DNA of 64,000 bases from Felis catus (GCF_018350175.1 NC_058368.1:20648001-20712000); one strand, 5' to 3'. Shown: positions 1 to 13,531, numbered from the stretch's first letter. Made by a program: numbers and translations. Notes: generated by a model not told the origin, from the letters alone.

Positions 1-1130
1 GGCTATTTTAGGCCTTTGCATTTCCATATAAATTTTAGTGTTAGTGTCAGTTTGTAAATTTATACAAATAAATACTAAAATTTTGAATGAGATTGTGTTG
101 AATCTGTATATCCATTTACAATGAGTTGACATCTTAATAATATTTAATGTTTCTGATCAGTGAGCATGGCATATCTCTCCATTTATTTGGATCTTCTTTA
201 ATTTCCCTGATCAATGTTTTATCATTTTCAGCACACAAGTGTTGTACATGTTTTGTTAAATGTATCCCTAGTTATTTCTTACTTTTTGATGTATTATAAA
301 TGACACTTCTTTTAAAGCTTCAATTTCTAATGATTTGTTAATGTATAGAAATACAATTGAGTTTTGAATATTGACCTCTGTCCTGTAAATAAGCTATATT
401 CATGTTAGTTCTAGTGATTTTTAATAGGTTCCCATTGGATTTTCTACATAGATGATCATGTTGAATGCAAACAGAAAAATAGTTTTACTTTTTCTTTTCC
501 AAACTAGATGCATAATTTATTTTTCTTGTCTTATTACACTGGCTAGAATCTCTTAGAACAATATTGAATAGAAGTGGTAACAGTGAATAATATCCTTTCC
601 TCATTTCAAATCTTAGTGAGAAAACTTTCAGTCTTTTACCATTCATATGGTGTAGCAGTAAGTTTTTCAAGGATGTACTTTTTCAGATTAAGGAAATTCC
701 TTTCCACTCTTAGTTTGCTGCAAGTTTTATCAGGAATGGATGTGAGATTCTGTCAAACACCTTTACTGTATCTGTTGATACAATCATATAGTTTTCCTTT
801 TTTAGAATGGTAACATGGTGTGTACATAAGAAATATTCCACAGAGGGGAATTGCTGTATCAAAATACATGTGCATTTGAAATTTTGGTTGACATCTTAAT
901 AATACCTCCAAACCATCCTCTAAAATGGCTGACTTAATTTACATTGTACCTATAGGCTCAGAGACTGCTCATTCCGTTTTCTACATCCTCACCAATCCAG
1001 GATATTATCAATTGAGGGTTCATTTTAGAATCAGAAAAATCAAGAAATGTAAGTCACAATCAACTAAGGCATCAAAAAATTTGCATTCTGACCACTTATA
1101 ATTTGTATTGCATTAATGGTAAAGAAGCAG
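1..1130 (-). mobile_element. Old L1 (L1M) ORF2/3' fragments
   Basis: Minus-strand translation LKVFSLR...RKGY...LPLLFNIVL resembles L1 ORF2; typical reverse-complement L1 motifs. Confidence 0.75.
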
Positions 1131-1939
1131 ATTTATAGAACATAAGTTCCAAGAGGTATGGATTTTGTCTGGTTTTGTTCACTGCTATATCCAGAACAAT
1201 GCCTTATACATAACAGACATTCAGTAATAGTTGTTGAGTGAAATGAAAGTGAATAAAAGAATGAAAAAATGAACAAAATAGAAATCAGAACCAGCAGGGA
1301 TATTTGGAAATCACACATGTAAAGGCTGCAAATCGGAAAGACGAAGACCAAAGAGTTAACTCGCTGCTCAAGATCTCACATATGATGAGTTACAGAGACA
1401 TAGCTAGACCTCGGGCCTTGTGAGAACCCAGGGTACTAGCAAGTTAGAGGTGATATTGATGAGGATAAAGAAAACATCCTACCCCACTCTGCCACATACA
1501 TTTATCTTTCCTTTGTGAGGGGTATTACTTTTATCTGACTGATACTTCTTTAAGCCATATAATGCTCAACATCCTCTCTTATGCAAAATATTTAGCCATG
1601 AAACCACAACACAGACTAAAGTTTTAGGTTGGAGCTAAAATTTCATAACTGAAAGTCCTCAGACCCCTATAGGACCAAAATGCAACAATGGCATCCCTGA
1701 GATGGAAATCCGTGCTATATTCTTGTGAAGCTTTCAAAGTTACTGAGGGTGCTAAAAATCTCCACAGCTCTCATCTTCACTGGCACCTAAAGTGCAGAGT
1801 GAGTGCCCTTCTTTCTTGTCCCCATTAACCAGGAGCATCTTCACTGGATAGTCAATGAAGGAAGAAGCAAACTGCTATTGTGTTAAACTACTGAATTTTT
1901 GAAATTTACCTGTTTTAGCTTTTAATTAATATAATGGTA

Positions 1940-3560
1940 TGATAGGGGTTTTTGAGAGTGTATAGAAGAGACAATTAGACATCCTTAGAAGGTGAGAGAG
2001 GGTGTCCTGGAAGTAGTGATACTTAAGTTAAGCATCGATGAAATAGAAGTTAGACTAGGAAGAGAATGGCTCCCTGCTCCTGACAAAAAGGATGGCATAG
2101 GAAGAAGCTCCAATGGCAAGAGAAAGTATACTGAATCCGAAGAGCTGAGTGTGAATGGGACACTAAGTGGGCAAAGTGTAATATGAGAAAGAGGAAGAAA
2201 GAGACATGATGCTAGAAACTGACACATGCTGGAACATGGTCAAGTTCATGAAGATCATATAAGCTGTCTTACTGTGTTCATACTTTATCTTCAGGGTAAT
2301 GAGAAGCTAGTGAACATTTGTTTTTCTAAATGTTGGATTGTATTTTAGAAAAACTATTCTGAGTGCCATATGGAAGATGAGTTAGCTGGTAGTAACAACA
2401 GAAGCTGAGAAAACAGGAGAAAGTAGTAGCCACCCAGATGTCAAATGATGACGATGGGTAAGAGTAGGGTGTAGGTAGTGGGTGGAGAGAAGTGGGTTGG
2501 TTACAGAGATATTTCAGAGGCAGATGGACAAATCACAAGGCTTGAGTTTATGGAGAAGGTGAAGGACAGGGGAGAGTAAAGAATGACATCTAGTTTTTTG
2601 TCTGGGACGCGGGAAGAGGAGCTGGAAACACAGCAGGAAGAGTAGTTACAAAGAGTGAAGAAAATTAGGTCAGTCCTGAATAAGTTGAGTTTGAAGTGAT
2701 CATGATATATCCAGGGATAGATGTCTCATGGCAAGTTGATATTCATCCACAGAACTCTAGAGAGAGCTAAGTGAGTCTTATTTTGGGATGTCATTATCAT
2801 AAAGGTAGTAGGTAATGCCTAAAGTAAAGAAATGGCTCAAAAAGAATGTGTAGAGTTCATTCATTCATCAAACTGGTCACTCACTGTCAGCATTTAGGAA
2901 AAAGCACTGAAGAAGCAAGATCTGTTTCTCACTGAAGTTACAATCCAGAGGGGGAACCTCTGGGGACAGAAAATAAACATGTAAACACATCAATAAATAA
3001 GATTTTCAATTCGTCCTAGTGCTAAAAATACGACAGTGAATGACTCTGTGTTTCAGATCAGGTGTTTAGGGAAGGAATTCTCTGAGGAGGTGTTGTATTA
3101 TTGGAGCCATGAGATAAGAGGGCCAGGGACTGAAGCCAGAGGAAGACTGGCTTTTAAAGGCCAAAGAGACAGGATCCCACAAGGACGACTGGGAAGGCCC
3201 AACCTGAGATCTGGGAGAGCATCCATACACAAAGGTAGCAGAAGCCATGAGAAGAGAGCTTTCCAAGAATGGAAAGGTTAAGAGACTGACAAGTGACCAC
3301 TGAACTGACAACAGGAGGCTGACGGGACCCGGGGAAGGGCCTGTTTCTGGAGTGGAGGAAGTTGGGCAGGCAAATCCCTGCAGCATGGGAACAGAGTTAG
3401 AAGTGAGGACGTGAGCACACAGAGAATAGGCAGGTCTTTCAAGAGGTGAAGGAAGAAAAGAAACTGGAATGAGGGAAGATGGAATTTTTAAGATGTGAAA
3501 AATAACAAGCATATCTGATGGAAAGAAGCCACTATAAAGAGTGCAATTGGAAATTTATGA
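1940..3560 (-). mobile_element. L2 fragments
   Basis: Purine-rich antisense L2 texture; ttcattcattcat L2 3' terminus near 2857. Confidence 0.6.
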
Positions 3561-3589
3561 GGGGAAAAAACAATAAAAAAAGAATTCAG

Positions 3590-3770
3590 AGATTGCTTTG
3601 TGTACTAGGTGTTTTACATATTTTTTTTCTTATTTAATTCATACAAAACTAATATTACTCTTAGTTTACAGATGAGGAACTTGAATCACAGAGAGTAAAT
3701 ACATTCCTCAATTTACGCAGCTAGTGATAGATGTTTTGGGCCTAACTCCATATCGGCCTGACTCCAGACT
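3590..3770 (-). mobile_element. MIR
   Basis: tttacagatgaggaacttgaatcacagagag MIR core. Confidence 0.7.
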
Positions 3771-3841
3771 TTGTTCGTGTTTTGGAAGAATTATTTTCAT
3801 AGTATGGAGTTTCCGCAAAAAATTAAAAATAGAAGTACCAA

Positions 3842-4190
3842 TGTATCCATATCGGTAAGAAAGGAGTAAAAGTTTCACAATTTGCAGATGATACGATGCT
3901 ATATAGGGAGAACCCTAAAGACTCTGCCAAGAAACTACTAGAATTGATGAATGAATTCAGTAAAGTCAAGGGATACAAAAGCAATATGAAGAAATCTGTT
4001 ACATTATATATACTAACAATGAATCAGCAGAAGGAGAAATTAAGAAAACAGTCCCAGGTACCTGACTGGCTCAGCACGTTAAGCATCTGAATCTTGATTT
4101 CGGCTCAGGTCATGATCTCACGATTTGTGAGTTCGAGCCCTGTGTCAGGCTCTATGCTGACAGTGTGGAGCCTGCTTGGGATTCTCTCCT

Positions 4191-4221
<31 letters not shown>

Positions 4222-5719
4222 GCCCCTCCCCCACCTTGCACTTTCTAAACAAACAAATAAATAAACAAATGAGCAAACATAAAAAAAAAAAAAGAAAAGA
4301 AAATCCCATTTACAATGCACCGAAAACAATAAGATGCCTAGGAATAAACCTAACTAAAGAGGAGAAAGGCCTGTCCTCTGAAAACTATAAAACACTGATG
4401 AAAGAAATTGAAGGTGACACCAAGAAATGACACATAAAGGACATTCCTTGCTCAGAGACTGAAGGAACACATATTGTTAAAAAGTCCATACTACCCAGAG
4501 CATCTACACATTTCATGCAATCCCTGTCAAAATACCAACAGCAGTTTTCAACAGAACTAGAACGAATGATCCTAGAATTTATATGGAGTCACAAAAGGCC
4601 CGAATGGCCAAAGCAATTGTGAAAAAGGACAGCAAAGATGGAGGTATCAGGAGTACAGATGTCAAGTTCTATTACAAAGTCTTAGTAATCAAAACAGTAT
4701 GATACTGACACAAAAATAGAAACATAGATCAATAGAATAGAATAGAAAACCCATAAATAAACGCACAATTATATGGTCAGTTAATCTTCAACAAAGTAGG
4801 GAAGAATATTCAATGGGAAAAAACAGTCTCTTCAACAAATGGTGTTTGGAAAACTGAACAGCTACGTGCAAAATAATGAAGCTGGAACACTTTCTTACAC
4901 CAACACAAAAGAAAAACAAAAAAGAAACTCAAAATGGATTAAGAACCCAAATATGAGACCTGAAACTATAAAAATCCCAGAAGAGAGCACAGGCAGTAAC
5001 TTATCTGGCATTGGCCATAGCAACATTTTTCTAGATCGATCTCCTAGGGCAAAATGAACTGTTGGGACTATATCAGAATAAAAAGCTTCTTCACAGGAAA
5101 GGAAATGATCAACAAGACTAAACAGTAACCTACAGAATGGGGGAAGATATTTGCAAATGACATATCCAATAAAGGGTTAGCATCCAAAATATATAAAGGA
5201 CTTATACAACCCAACACCAAAAGACCTCAAATAATCCAATTTAAAAATGCACAGAAGAAATTTATAGACATTTCTCTAAAGAAGACATCCAGATGGCTAA
5301 CAGGCACATGAAAAGGTGCTCAACATCACTCATCATCAGGGAAATGAAAGGAAAAAAAAACTACCTTGAGATATCACCTCACACCAGTCAGAATGGCTAA
5401 AATCAAAAACACAAGGAAGAACAAGTATTGCCAAGGATGTGGAGAAAAATGAACCCTCTTGTACTGTTGGTGGGAATGCAAACTGATGCAATCATTATGG
5501 GAAACAGTATGGAGGTTTCTCAAAAAGTTAAAAGTAGAACTACCTTATTATCTAGTAATCACATTACTAGGATGTACTCCCCCAAAATGTAAAAACACCA
5601 ATTCAAAGGGATACATGCACCTCTATGTTTATGATACCTCATTATTTACAATAGCCAAGTTATGGAAGCAGCCAGTGTCCATTGATTGATAGATGAATGG
5701 ATAAAGAAAATAAATGGGT

Positions 5720-5762
<43 letters not shown>

Positions 5763-6158
5763 TATTATTCAGCCATAAAAAATGAAATCTTGCCATTTGC
5801 CATGATATGGATGGAGCTAGAGAGTATAATACTAAGCAAAATAACTCAGTCAGAGAAATACCATATGATTTCACTCATGTACAGTAATTAGAAAAAAAAA
5901 AAGACCAAAGAAAGAAAAAGGAGCAGGAGACAAACCAAGAAACAGACTCTTAACTAGAGAACAAACTGATAGTTACCAGAGGGGAGGTGGGCGGAGGGAT
6001 AGGTTAAATAGGTGATGGGGATTAAGGAGTGCACTTGTGATGGACACCGGGTGATGTATGGAAGTGCTGAGTCACTATATTGTACACCTGAAACTAATAT
6101 AATACTGTATGTTAACTATACTGGAATTTAAATTTTAAATTAATTTCATTTAAAAAAA
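3842..6158 (+). mobile_element. 5'-truncated carnivore L1 (ORF2 RT/C-terminal part and 3' UTR), nested in another L1
   Basis: Broken frames [38 protein letters not shown]...ILPFA; ends in an A-rich tail. Confidence 0.9.
4057..4300 (+). mobile_element. CanSINE inside L1
   Basis: ggctcaggtcatgatctcacg...gagttcgagccc, (CT)n tract, A-tail. Confidence 0.9.
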
Positions 6159-6159
6159 A

Positions 6160-6845
6160 GCAATATCATACGATCCAGCAATTCCACTACTGGGTGTTTA
6201 CCCAAAGAAAATGCAAACACTAATTTGAAAAGATATATGCACCTGAGTGTTTCCTGTAACATTATTTACAAAAGCTAAGATATGGAAGCAACCCAAGTGT
6301 CCATCTACAGATGAATTAATACAGAAGACATGGTATATATACAATGGAATATGACTCAACCATAAAAAGATGAGATTCTGCCATTTATAACAACGTGGAT
6401 GTACCTAGAGAGCATTACGCTAAGTGAAATAAGTCAGGTACAGAAAGACTAATGCCACATGATTTCACTTACATGTGAAATATTAAAAAAAAACAAACAG
6501 AGAAACAAATAAACAAAAAAAGCAGACCCAGACCCATAAATACAAAGAAGGCATCGATGGTTGCCAGAGGGGAAGTGAGTAAGGGGATAGGCAAAGTGGA
6601 TGAAGGGGAGTGGGAGATAGAGGCTTCAGGTCAGGAGATGACTAATTCATGGGGATAAAAAGTACAGGGTAGGGAATATAGTCGGTGGCATTTTAGTAGC
6701 ATTCTATGGTGCAGATGGGAGCGACACTGGCAGCACAGCATAATGTATAGACTTGTCAAATCAGTCTGTTGTATCCCTGAAACGACTGAAACATTGTGTG
6801 TCAACTACACTTCAATGAAAAAAAATACACATTTTAAAAAAAAAT
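6160..6845 (+). mobile_element. L1 3' end (continuation of the fragment at 3800-3841)
   Basis: gatccagcaattccactactggg continues aaattaaaaatagaagtacca at about 3820-3840; A-rich tail near 6825-6845. Confidence 0.85.
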
Positions 6846-7039
6846 TACCCAGGTAGTTCAAGGACATGTTATTCTTCTCAAATACCTAAATAATGTAGAA
6901 GTCTACAGTTAATCACTTGCTTAACAATGCTCCCAGCCTTTAGCACTGAGCACTTACATACAGATGTAATTTTTTAAAATATTGGAATCACACTATTACC
7001 CTCTAGTGGCTTCCCACAATTTAAAGTCTAAAGTCCTTG

Positions 7040-7845
7040 GATCCATTGGGTCAAAGTTTATTGGTGGTGGTGGTGAGGGAGGGGGGAACTGGATATTTAC
7101 AGAGTCTCAAATATCTCCCCACAAATGATTTATTACTTACCAAGAGGAAAAGGTGTCTATGCAGAGGAGACCGTCTTCAATGAGTGATCGGAAGCATAAA
7201 CCACCAGCAACGAGACAAACCGGCATTGCGTGCCTCCTGATACGGCACACCGGGGAGGACACGTGGTTTGTGCAGCATCACTGTCTAAAGCACAGGCCCT
7301 GAATCTAATCATGAGAGAACGTTTATACACCCAAATTGAGGGAAAACCTCCCCCAAAATTGCCTGTACTCTTAAAAAAGATTGATGTCATGAAAGACAAA
7401 GAGGTTGAGGAATGGTTCCAGCTTACACACTAAACACACATGACAATTACAGGTAATGTGTGATCCAGGATTGAATCCTGATTCAGAAAGAAAAGGACAT
7501 TACTGGGGCAATTGGTGAAATTTGGATGTATCAGACAGTGGTGTTTAATCAATGTTCAATTTCCTGAATTTGACAATCACACCATGATTATATAAGAACA
7601 CGTCCTTGTTTTAATGGACTCATGAAAAGTGCGTAGGGATTAAGAGTCCTGATGTCTGCAACTTACTCTTAAATGGGTTATACAAAACACGTGTAGTGAA
7701 AGAGATTTGAGTGAGAGATAAATCAAATGGGGCAAAAATGCCAACCACTGTTCCAGATTCTAGATGAGGAGTACGTGAGTCCTTTTCATTATTCTTAGAA
7801 CTTTTCTGTTGAATATTTTCCAAAATAAAAACTTTAGGAAAAAAC
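7040..7845 (+). mobile_element. Old L1MC-like 3' UTR interrupting an L2
   Basis: gtgatccaggattgaatcctg...aaaggacattactggggcaattggtgaaatttg motif; ends ttttccaaaataaaaa. Confidence 0.65.
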
Positions 7846-8068
7846 CTCCAAGGTCCATGCAGAACACCCTGTGTGTTCTGAGCCCAGCCCTCACTCTGCT
7901 CCAGCCACAAAGCCTGCTGCTCTCAAACACATGGGCCTGCTCCTGCCATGGGCCTCACTGCTAGCCTTTCCCTCAGGCCCAACATCTCAAGGCTCACTCC
8001 CTCCACCTCACATAGGTCTCTACTCAGATGTCACTGCCTTGACTGCCATATCTAAAATAGGCCCCATG

Positions 8069-8167
8069 AGGGGTACCTGGCTGGCTCAGTGGGTAGAGCA
8101 TGTGACTCTTGATCTCAGGGTCGTGAGTTCAAGTCCCATGCTGGGTGTAGAGCTTACTGAAAAAAGA
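8069..8167 (+). mobile_element. Short tRNA-Lys-derived carnivore SINE
   Basis: A/B-box-like head plus A-tail; flanking repeats aataggcccc / aatagtcccc. Confidence 0.8.
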
Positions 8168-9098
8168 ATAGTCCCCGCCTGGAATGCTGACGAATCACAC
8201 AGCCAGTATGCTTCTTGTAGGCAAGAGGACGAAAGCCACCAATGAGGATGGTAGAACAGAAAGCTGGAAGGAACGTCGTTCTTTGGTAAGCTACCCTCAG
8301 CTTCCCTCTCCCTAGCCTGAATTTCCGTTACACGTTGATAAATAAATAATCCTTATTTCGTCAAGTCTTGGCTGCTTGCGTTTCTCTCCTACAGCTGAAC
8401 GCAGTAAAATGACACACAATGCTTCCTTTTTCTTCACAGCGCTTATTGAACACGACTGGTGACATTTATTTGTTGATTTGTTTATTTTCAAACTTGCATT
8501 AGAGTGTAAGCTGCTCCGGGAAGGAACTTGACCTGTTTTGCTTATTTCTGTGCCCCAGAGTCTACGACAGTGCCTGACCAGTTGAGAAGCTCAATCAGTA
8601 TTAATATTTGTCAGGTGAGGGCATTGCCTTGTGACTTCCTTCTTTCCATGTTAAGAGCTATAGTTCTACTTATGTTTTGTATCAGCACTCTTTGTAACAG
8701 AGACATATACTCTCAGTGTCCCATGATTTTCTTTACCCATTCCCCTACAGATAAGCATTTCGTTTATTTGCATTTTCCTCCTTTGTTGCACACAGTGTAT
8801 GTACAACTGTCCTCGCATGTGACTCTTTCTGGAGGATAAAAGTTAGGCTCCAAAACAGTTGACTTAGTATACTCCTACTAATGGTATATGAAAGTAGGCA
8901 TTACCCTACATTGTTGGCCACATGTATTTTAATCAGCTTTTATTTCTGCCAGTTTGAGGGGCCGAGGAGTAGAAGGCCATATCTCAATGTTGATTGCACC
9001 TGCATTTTCCTAAGAACTAGTGAGGTTGACCATCTTTTCATATATTTATTAGACCATTGATTCTATCTCTTTTGCCTATGTATATATATATATATATA

Positions 9099-9122
9099 TT
9101 TTTAAAGTTTATTTATTTACTT

Positions 9123-9154
<32 letters not shown>

Positions 9155-9293
9155 GGACAGAGAGAGAGAATCCCAAGCAGGCTCTGCACTGTCAGAGCCC
9201 GACATAGGGCTCAAACTTATAAACCGTGAGATCATGACCTGAGCTGAAATCAAGAAGTCAGGCACGTAACCAACTGAGCCACCCAGGTGCCCC
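9099..9293 (-). mobile_element. CanSINE
   Basis: tttatttattt...(GA)n...tgagccacccaggtgcccc. Confidence 0.9.
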
Positions 9294-9848
9294 TCTTGTG
9301 CCTATATTTTATTAAAATCTGTCTCATTAAAATATTGTATAGCTTCTTTTTGTGTGTCCATATATTAATCCTTTGCTGTTTTTAATGCTGCAAATATATT
9401 TTCTCAGACTTCACTAGTTTTCAAATGTTATTTACGGTCTTCATCAAATAAAAGTTTTACAATTTTATGTAATAAAATCTATCCAGTTTTTCCTTTGTGG
9501 TGTATATATACTGTACCTTGTATACATTTATGAGAACTCAGTATAGGCAGGGAACTTGGGGCCCACGTGGGGCCCACCTGACTGCATAACAGAGATGCAG
9601 GAAGTCCGTGCCAAAAGCTTCCTCTGGAACGCTTTCCTCTCTCACATAAATCAGCTCCCTGCTCCTGTTGAAAGCCCTTACCATATGTGCAGCTTCTAGT
9701 ATATATACACATACCTGGCTCTGACTCTGTTGATCCATTTGTCCATTTTGGTACCATTATCACACTTTTAAAGTTAGTATAGCTTATAGCACATTTTGAT
9801 ACACAGGATAGAAAGTCCCTCCTAACTTTTCTCATTTTAAAATTTTCT

Positions 9849-10054
9849 TGGGGTGCCTGAGTGGCTCAGTCGGTGAAGCGTCTGACTTCGGCTCAGGTCA
9901 TGATCGCGCGATTTGTGAGTTCGAGCCCCGTGTCAGGTTCTGTGCTGACAGCTCGGAGCCTGGAGCCTGCTTCAGACTCTGGGTCTCCCTCTCTCTCCCT
10001 GCTCACGCTCTGTCTGTCTCTCAAAAATAAATAAGCATTAAAAAAGTTTTTAAA
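9849..10054 (+). mobile_element. CanSINE (SINEC_Fc type)
   Basis: Consensus head and tail; TSD taaaattttctt on both sides. Confidence 0.92.
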
Positions 10055-10683
10055 TAAAATTTTCTTAAGCTATTTTGATGTTTTCTCTTCTAGATGAACT
10101 TGCAAATGAGTTGGCTGAGTTTCATAAAAATCCTATTGAGGTTTTATTGGGATTGCATTGAGTTATTAGATTTAGAGAAAATCTATAACTTTATACATTT
10201 GGACCGTTCAATCTGTAAGGGAGTATTTTTCTCTTTTTAGATCTTCTCTTACAGTTTTTTAGTAATTTTGTTTTACATATAATTTTTGTCATAAGTCTTG
10301 AAAATGTTCATGTTTACTATATTTCCAGCTATTTTCTAGGTTTGTTGTTATTATGAAATGGACCATTTCCCCCCTGACACTTCTAATCAGTTATTGTGGT
10401 ATATAGGAAAGCTAATCAGTTTTGGTATGTTGACTCTATATATATCTGAAATAAATTTCACTTGTTCTTATAGTTTTAAGTTGATTTTCTTGGATTTCAC
10501 AGGCAGGTGTTTCTATCATCCACAAAAGCCCAATCTGTTAGCTTCCATGAATGTTAAATTTGGGAACTTAAAATATTAACATGGAAATTTAAGAAAGCTA
10601 AAAAAGGTTTTATTTTGAAGCATAGTGTAAATTGTGATAAATAAGAGTTTTTAGGGTATATTTTTTTTGCTCATCATATACAT

Positions 10684-10785
10684 TTATTTTATTTTAAGTA
10701 AGCTTTATGCCCAACATGGGCCTTAAACTTATGCCCTCGAGATCAAGAGTTACATGTTCTATCGACTGAACCACCCAGGCATCCT
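10684..10785 (-). mobile_element. Short carnivore SINE
   Basis: gagatcaagagttacatg...gactgaaccacccaggcatcc. Confidence 0.75.
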
Positions 10786-10863
10786 GTCACACGTATTTTA
10801 TATTTTATGCTGACTTTGGAATAATATTTACTTAAAATTTTTTTTAAAAACGAAGCCTTTGTT

Positions 10864-11078
10864 GGGGCACCTGGGTGGCTCAGTCGGTTGAGCGTCCAAC
10901 TTCAGCTCAGGTCATGATCTCACGGTTCGTGGGTTCAAGCCCCGCGTCGAGCTCTGTGTTGACAGCTGGGAGCCTGGAGCCTACTTTAGATTCTGTGTCT
11001 CCCTCCCTCTCTGCCCCTCTCCCGCTCACACTCTATCTCTCAAAAATAAATAACTGCTAAAAAAAATTAAGAAAAAGA
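10864..11078 (+). mobile_element. CanSINE (SINEC_Fc type)
   Basis: Consensus sequence; TSD aaacg(a/g)agcctttgt. Confidence 0.92.
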
Positions 11079-13395
11079 AAACGGAGCCTTTGTAAAATAG
11101 AATCATGTATTAAAATTAACATTTACTCAGAAAGCATTAAATTTCATTCTTAGCTGAAATGAAGGAGATGTTAAGAATTCCTTCAACGCTTCTTTAACAA
11201 ATTATCTACCATTATCTATGAATGATCCATTAAAGACTATAATTTAAGCTTATGAGTAAGCTTAGATATTTGAACAGAAGCATTATAGATCCTATTGGAT
11301 GTGGTTTCAATTTTCAAATGGGAAGTACAGACCAAATAAAATTTATATATGGGTTTTTTGAACAAATGCTTGAAATTTGATCACTTCTATGGACCATTGG
11401 TGTTTTATGGTCAGATTAGCATCTGTAAGACCCCACTTGCTAATTAACAGTGAACAGTAAAAAAAACAAAAACAAAGAAACAGATGATGAGGATTAAAAT
11501 ATAGACATTCGTAATGCCAAAATACGCAATGTCATGTTTTTCTGTAAACAGAAGTTTTAAAATAGTTTATATCTTTTTCCTCCAAGGGGGGGGGGGGGAA
11601 TGGATTGCTTCCAGTCATATTCAACAAATCTTTATTTTTAAAATGTCTTTTACCTTATTTCAACTCTTCTGACTATTCTCAATAATATTTTGAAACAAAG
11701 GTTTGAAATGACCAAACAAATAAAACAAGCAGATCTGTCAGCCTCTCTTGTTTTCCTAACACAGATTGCCAATGTGGGAAGGCACTAATCCAGTTCTCGA
11801 AACTGCTCGAGTTCCCCCTCCCCTCACGCAGGGTTTAAGAGTTGGAAACCGGATTGAAGCTCCCAGTAAGAAGTTCTGACTTCGCAGAAACATAAGCATA
11901 GTGATCTTGCAGTGATCTTGTACAGAACTGTGTACCTCCCCGAATCCCTCCTCCCTGCCCCCCCTTTCTTTTATTTCTCTTAGGAAAGAGAGCTCCGGAA
12001 AAATAGAAGGGAGAGAGGAGGAAATGAGAACGTAGATAAAAACACCAACGCCTGCTCCACCATAAAGCCTGACAGAAGAGGAATTGGGGAACAAGAACAG
12101 AAAATTCCTTAGAGAAAAAAAATGCATCGGGGAATGAGGATAAATATAAGGAAAGGAGTAGTATATTTCTTTAGATCGTATTAAGAGAGTACCTACTGGA
12201 AATACAGGATGGCCATGGGAAGTGATGAGGGTGGTCACATCCTCACGAGCCCCCCCCCCCCCCGCCCCTAACGTTAAAGAACCTGCAAATAGTTCAGGGA
12301 ATTAAGCAGCTTTTAACTTTTTTCCTCCAAGGGAAAGGTTATTCTTCAAGGGTTACATTCTGTAACCAGAAATTGAAGGGGAAACCCAGCCAGGTTGTCT
12401 TGTTGAAATTATGTGTAGGCAGCATGAAATCCAAAACAACTCTGTCACTCTTCAACACAAAATCATCCACCAAAGCTACAAGAATTAGGAAAAATCCTAT
12501 CTGTGCTTTTTAAAATCCCCTTTTGATTTTTTTTTTTTTCTGCCAACATCAAGAATTCCTCCTGGAGGTAAATTGGTCAGAAAGACAGAACCAAGTAAAA
12601 TGATTTACATGTCCAGAAAGAATTGCATTTTCTGGTGAGGATGTGACTTGCACATCAGATTATGTCGGCACAGTCAGGTGAGACTCAGCATTTTAAACTT
12701 CTTCTTTCTCCCCCTCCCTTTACTACACTTCCCTTTTTTTTCTCCACTCGGTTTTACTAAACTTCACTTAGCTTCACCAGTTTAATAGGGTCTGGGCAGG
12801 CAGTGCGTATATGATGTCCTGAAAACACTTTGCCCTATGTAAACAATTGTTTTTGGCAGTTCAGAGGTTTCGTGGCAGGACTGCATTTTTCTTTTTTTTT
12901 TTTTTTTCTGAAAATCAAATGTTTGGGCCAAACTTGGAGTTGCACGTGCATTTTTATGACCTGGCATATTCAAACATTACAATTGTATGTTTACAAAGGG
13001 AATTTGATCTTTTTTGCTCTTTCTTCTTCAGGTTTCCATCCTTTCTAGGGCCATTGTTTTCTCTTTTACGCTACATTTTCCTATCTTGGGATATCTCTTC
13101 AGCATCTGTTTCTCCTCAACCATAATTTTCATTCAAAAATAATAACTCTTTGGTCTCTTTGGACATGTTTTGTTTTGCTCCCGCCTATGAACTTTGCCAG
13201 GGTGTGTTGAAGGTTACCAGCTCCATTTCTGGAATGCTCTTGGATCCCTTTTGGAGAAAAGTGCCAAAGTATATAAGGAGAGCTCAAATGTATCTGGGCT
13301 CTACCAGGTCCTTTGAGGAAGGCTTCATGTAGCTGCACCTCCCTTCCCTCACTGTGCCAGGCTTCTTCAAGATTCCACATCCAAGTTCGTATCTT

Positions 13396-13531
13396 GCTAC
13401 ACTCTTGGTGGGCGCAGTGGAACGTGTAGAGATGTCTAACACTCGCCGTACATCAGAAACAAGTGTAACATTGTGCATTGACTGTATGCCAATAGAAGAA
13501 ACGACAAAAAGAGAGAGAGAAAAGAAGAAAG
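13396..13531 (+). mobile_element. Very short 5'-truncated L1 3' end with TSD
   Basis: gtacatcagaaacaagtgtaacattgtg L1 terminus plus A/G-rich tail; TSD aagttcgtatctt (13383-13395) / aagttcatatctt (13532-13544). Confidence 0.75.

Larger units (their letters stand above)
8700..10560 (-). mobile_element. Old L1M, fragmented, carrying two SINEs and a non-L1 insert at about 9533-9693
   Basis: Reverse-complement L1 ORF2 C-terminal motifs, e.g. gaggttgaccatcttttcatatatttattag and ttttattgggattgcattgag. Confidence 0.7.

Noticed and set aside
6991..7012. CTCF-like ccactagaggg on the minus strand
   Set aside because: Coincides with the standard L2 motif ccctc(c/t)agtggcttccca and lacks the downstream GC-rich half.
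8069..8167. tRNA-Lys-like sequences (also about 10684-10785 and 59588-59680)
   Set aside because: A-tails, flanking repeats and degenerate stems mark them as tRNA-derived SINEs, not tRNA genes.
11756..12238. 160-aa minus-strand ORF
   Set aside because: F/S/L-rich translation of a purine-rich tract, no recognisable homology or exon context.
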